The notes beneath the pieces were generated by a model. That model saw only the letters and a list, made by a program, of their open reading frames with translations, ran no database searches and was not told the origin of the DNA. Shown in pieces: positions 62,971 to 64,000 of a stretch of 64,000 bases of DNA. The stretch's first letter is position 1, and the number at the start of each line of letters is the position of its first letter. This DNA comes from Carcharhinus amblyrhynchos. Lineage: Eukaryota. Made by a program: the position numbers and the translations under genes. The stretch lies in contig OZ336888.1 of NCBI GenBank assembly GCA_965287045.1, forward strand, positions 26,722,001-26,786,000. Reading direction: 5' to 3'.

Positions 62971-64000
62971 CTACCCCCAAAAATCTGGAAAAAAATGCCC
63001 CAAATTGAGATTCCTTTGCAACTAAAACTCTGCTAATTTGTAGAGGTGAATATTGGGCCAATCAAAAATGTTTCTAGTGTAATTACGCTCCATTAAAGAG
63101 AGGGATTTTTCTGTGATTTTGCCTAATTGTGTTGCATGAGCGAACAGATTCTTGAAATGACCTTTTTGAGCTGTATAATCCTCGCAGGACTGAAGTTAAC
63201 TCAAGTTCTTAGAACTTTCTCTTTTATCCCTCAACTTTAAAACTGGTGCGATTAATCTGTATCAGGGGACTACAAAACATAATTTCTGAGAGAAAAGTGA
63301 GGTGAATAGGAAAATAATCCTTTGAAAGGTGGCTACACAAAAAAGTGTTTGGAAACCTTTGGTCTATGCAATCTAAATGCAAATTCCTAGTCAGGAGAAT
63401 GAACGAGTATCTTTAGTCCTTGGAGCACTTGTTATGAAGGTCAATTGATAACAAACAAAATGTTTGCAATCTACTGATAGAAACACTTAGCTTGGAAGGA
63501 AGTTCCTGCACTTGACTATACAAAACCATACCATAATGTGATATGGTTCTCAGGTACTTAAATGACTTTTTACTCCTAATAACAAATGTATTTTCAAAGT
63601 CATGTTCAGACAGGAATGTTGTTCTGAGTACAATCTTCTCTGTGCCTGATATCCTGTTAAGGGTGCTTTATTGTACTGTGTCTTATTCCGTTGCGTTTTA
63701 TCATTGGATGCATTTGTTGTGGCACGAATGTAGCAGATTGATGGCACTAATCAAAATACTCCATGCTTCAAAAGTGGGTACCTAATCCTGTTTTGTTTCT
63801 TTTTCCTGGTATAAAGAATCTCTTGAACCAGTCTGATTTAATTACATTTCAGAAGCTTGATTGCAACTTGCCAACTACACACTATAATTAATTAGTACTT
63901 CTCGATGAGTAGCATAAAGATGACTGGTGTTGGAATTGAAAATGCCACATTGGACTAGTGGGGATTGTTATTTGTGGAAGTTTGGAATAAGCCACGGTGT

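Noticed and set aside
12547-64000. Next alpha2-delta exon (expected about 60 nt, RLA..AE..Q..H.W type)
   Set aside because: No AG-exon-GT segment with this peptide was found by eye. It probably lies beyond the window, though a short exon could have been missed.

Overview
This is eukaryotic genomic DNA, very probably from a cartilaginous fish (shark), judged from its repeats: HE1-type V-SINEs, Deu-domain SINEs and CR1/HER1-like LINEs. The window lies inside a large + strand gene of the voltage-gated Ca2+ channel alpha2-delta family, most similar to CACNA2D1. Two coding exons are supported, 9426-9507 (82 nt) and 12430-12546 (117 nt), both with canonical AG/GT boundaries. I found neither the first exon nor the next downstream exon. 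The rest is intron filled with retroelement debris: about 17 HE1-type SINE copies, other tRNA-derived SINEs, CR1, L2, Rex1/Babar and RTE fragments, MITE-like elements and Penelope-like element (PLE) termini. Almost all ORFs in the supplied track are spurious or LINE fragments. The most unusual structure is at about 25.1-26.4 kb. Two very short fold-back PLE-terminus insertions each have an exact 13-bp target-site duplication. One sits inside an older PLE remnant that is itself inside a LINE, and recognisable minimal hammerhead-ribozyme cores occur in the older remnant and in the 26.2-kb element. Other items: a SINE with an internal fold-back duplication, V-SINEs with swapped tails, a SINE/LINE pair sharing a tail, and inverted SINEs bracketing the two exons. 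I did not find convincing evidence of a wholly new biological system. Family assignments and orthologue comparisons rest on recalled consensus sequences, not database searches.
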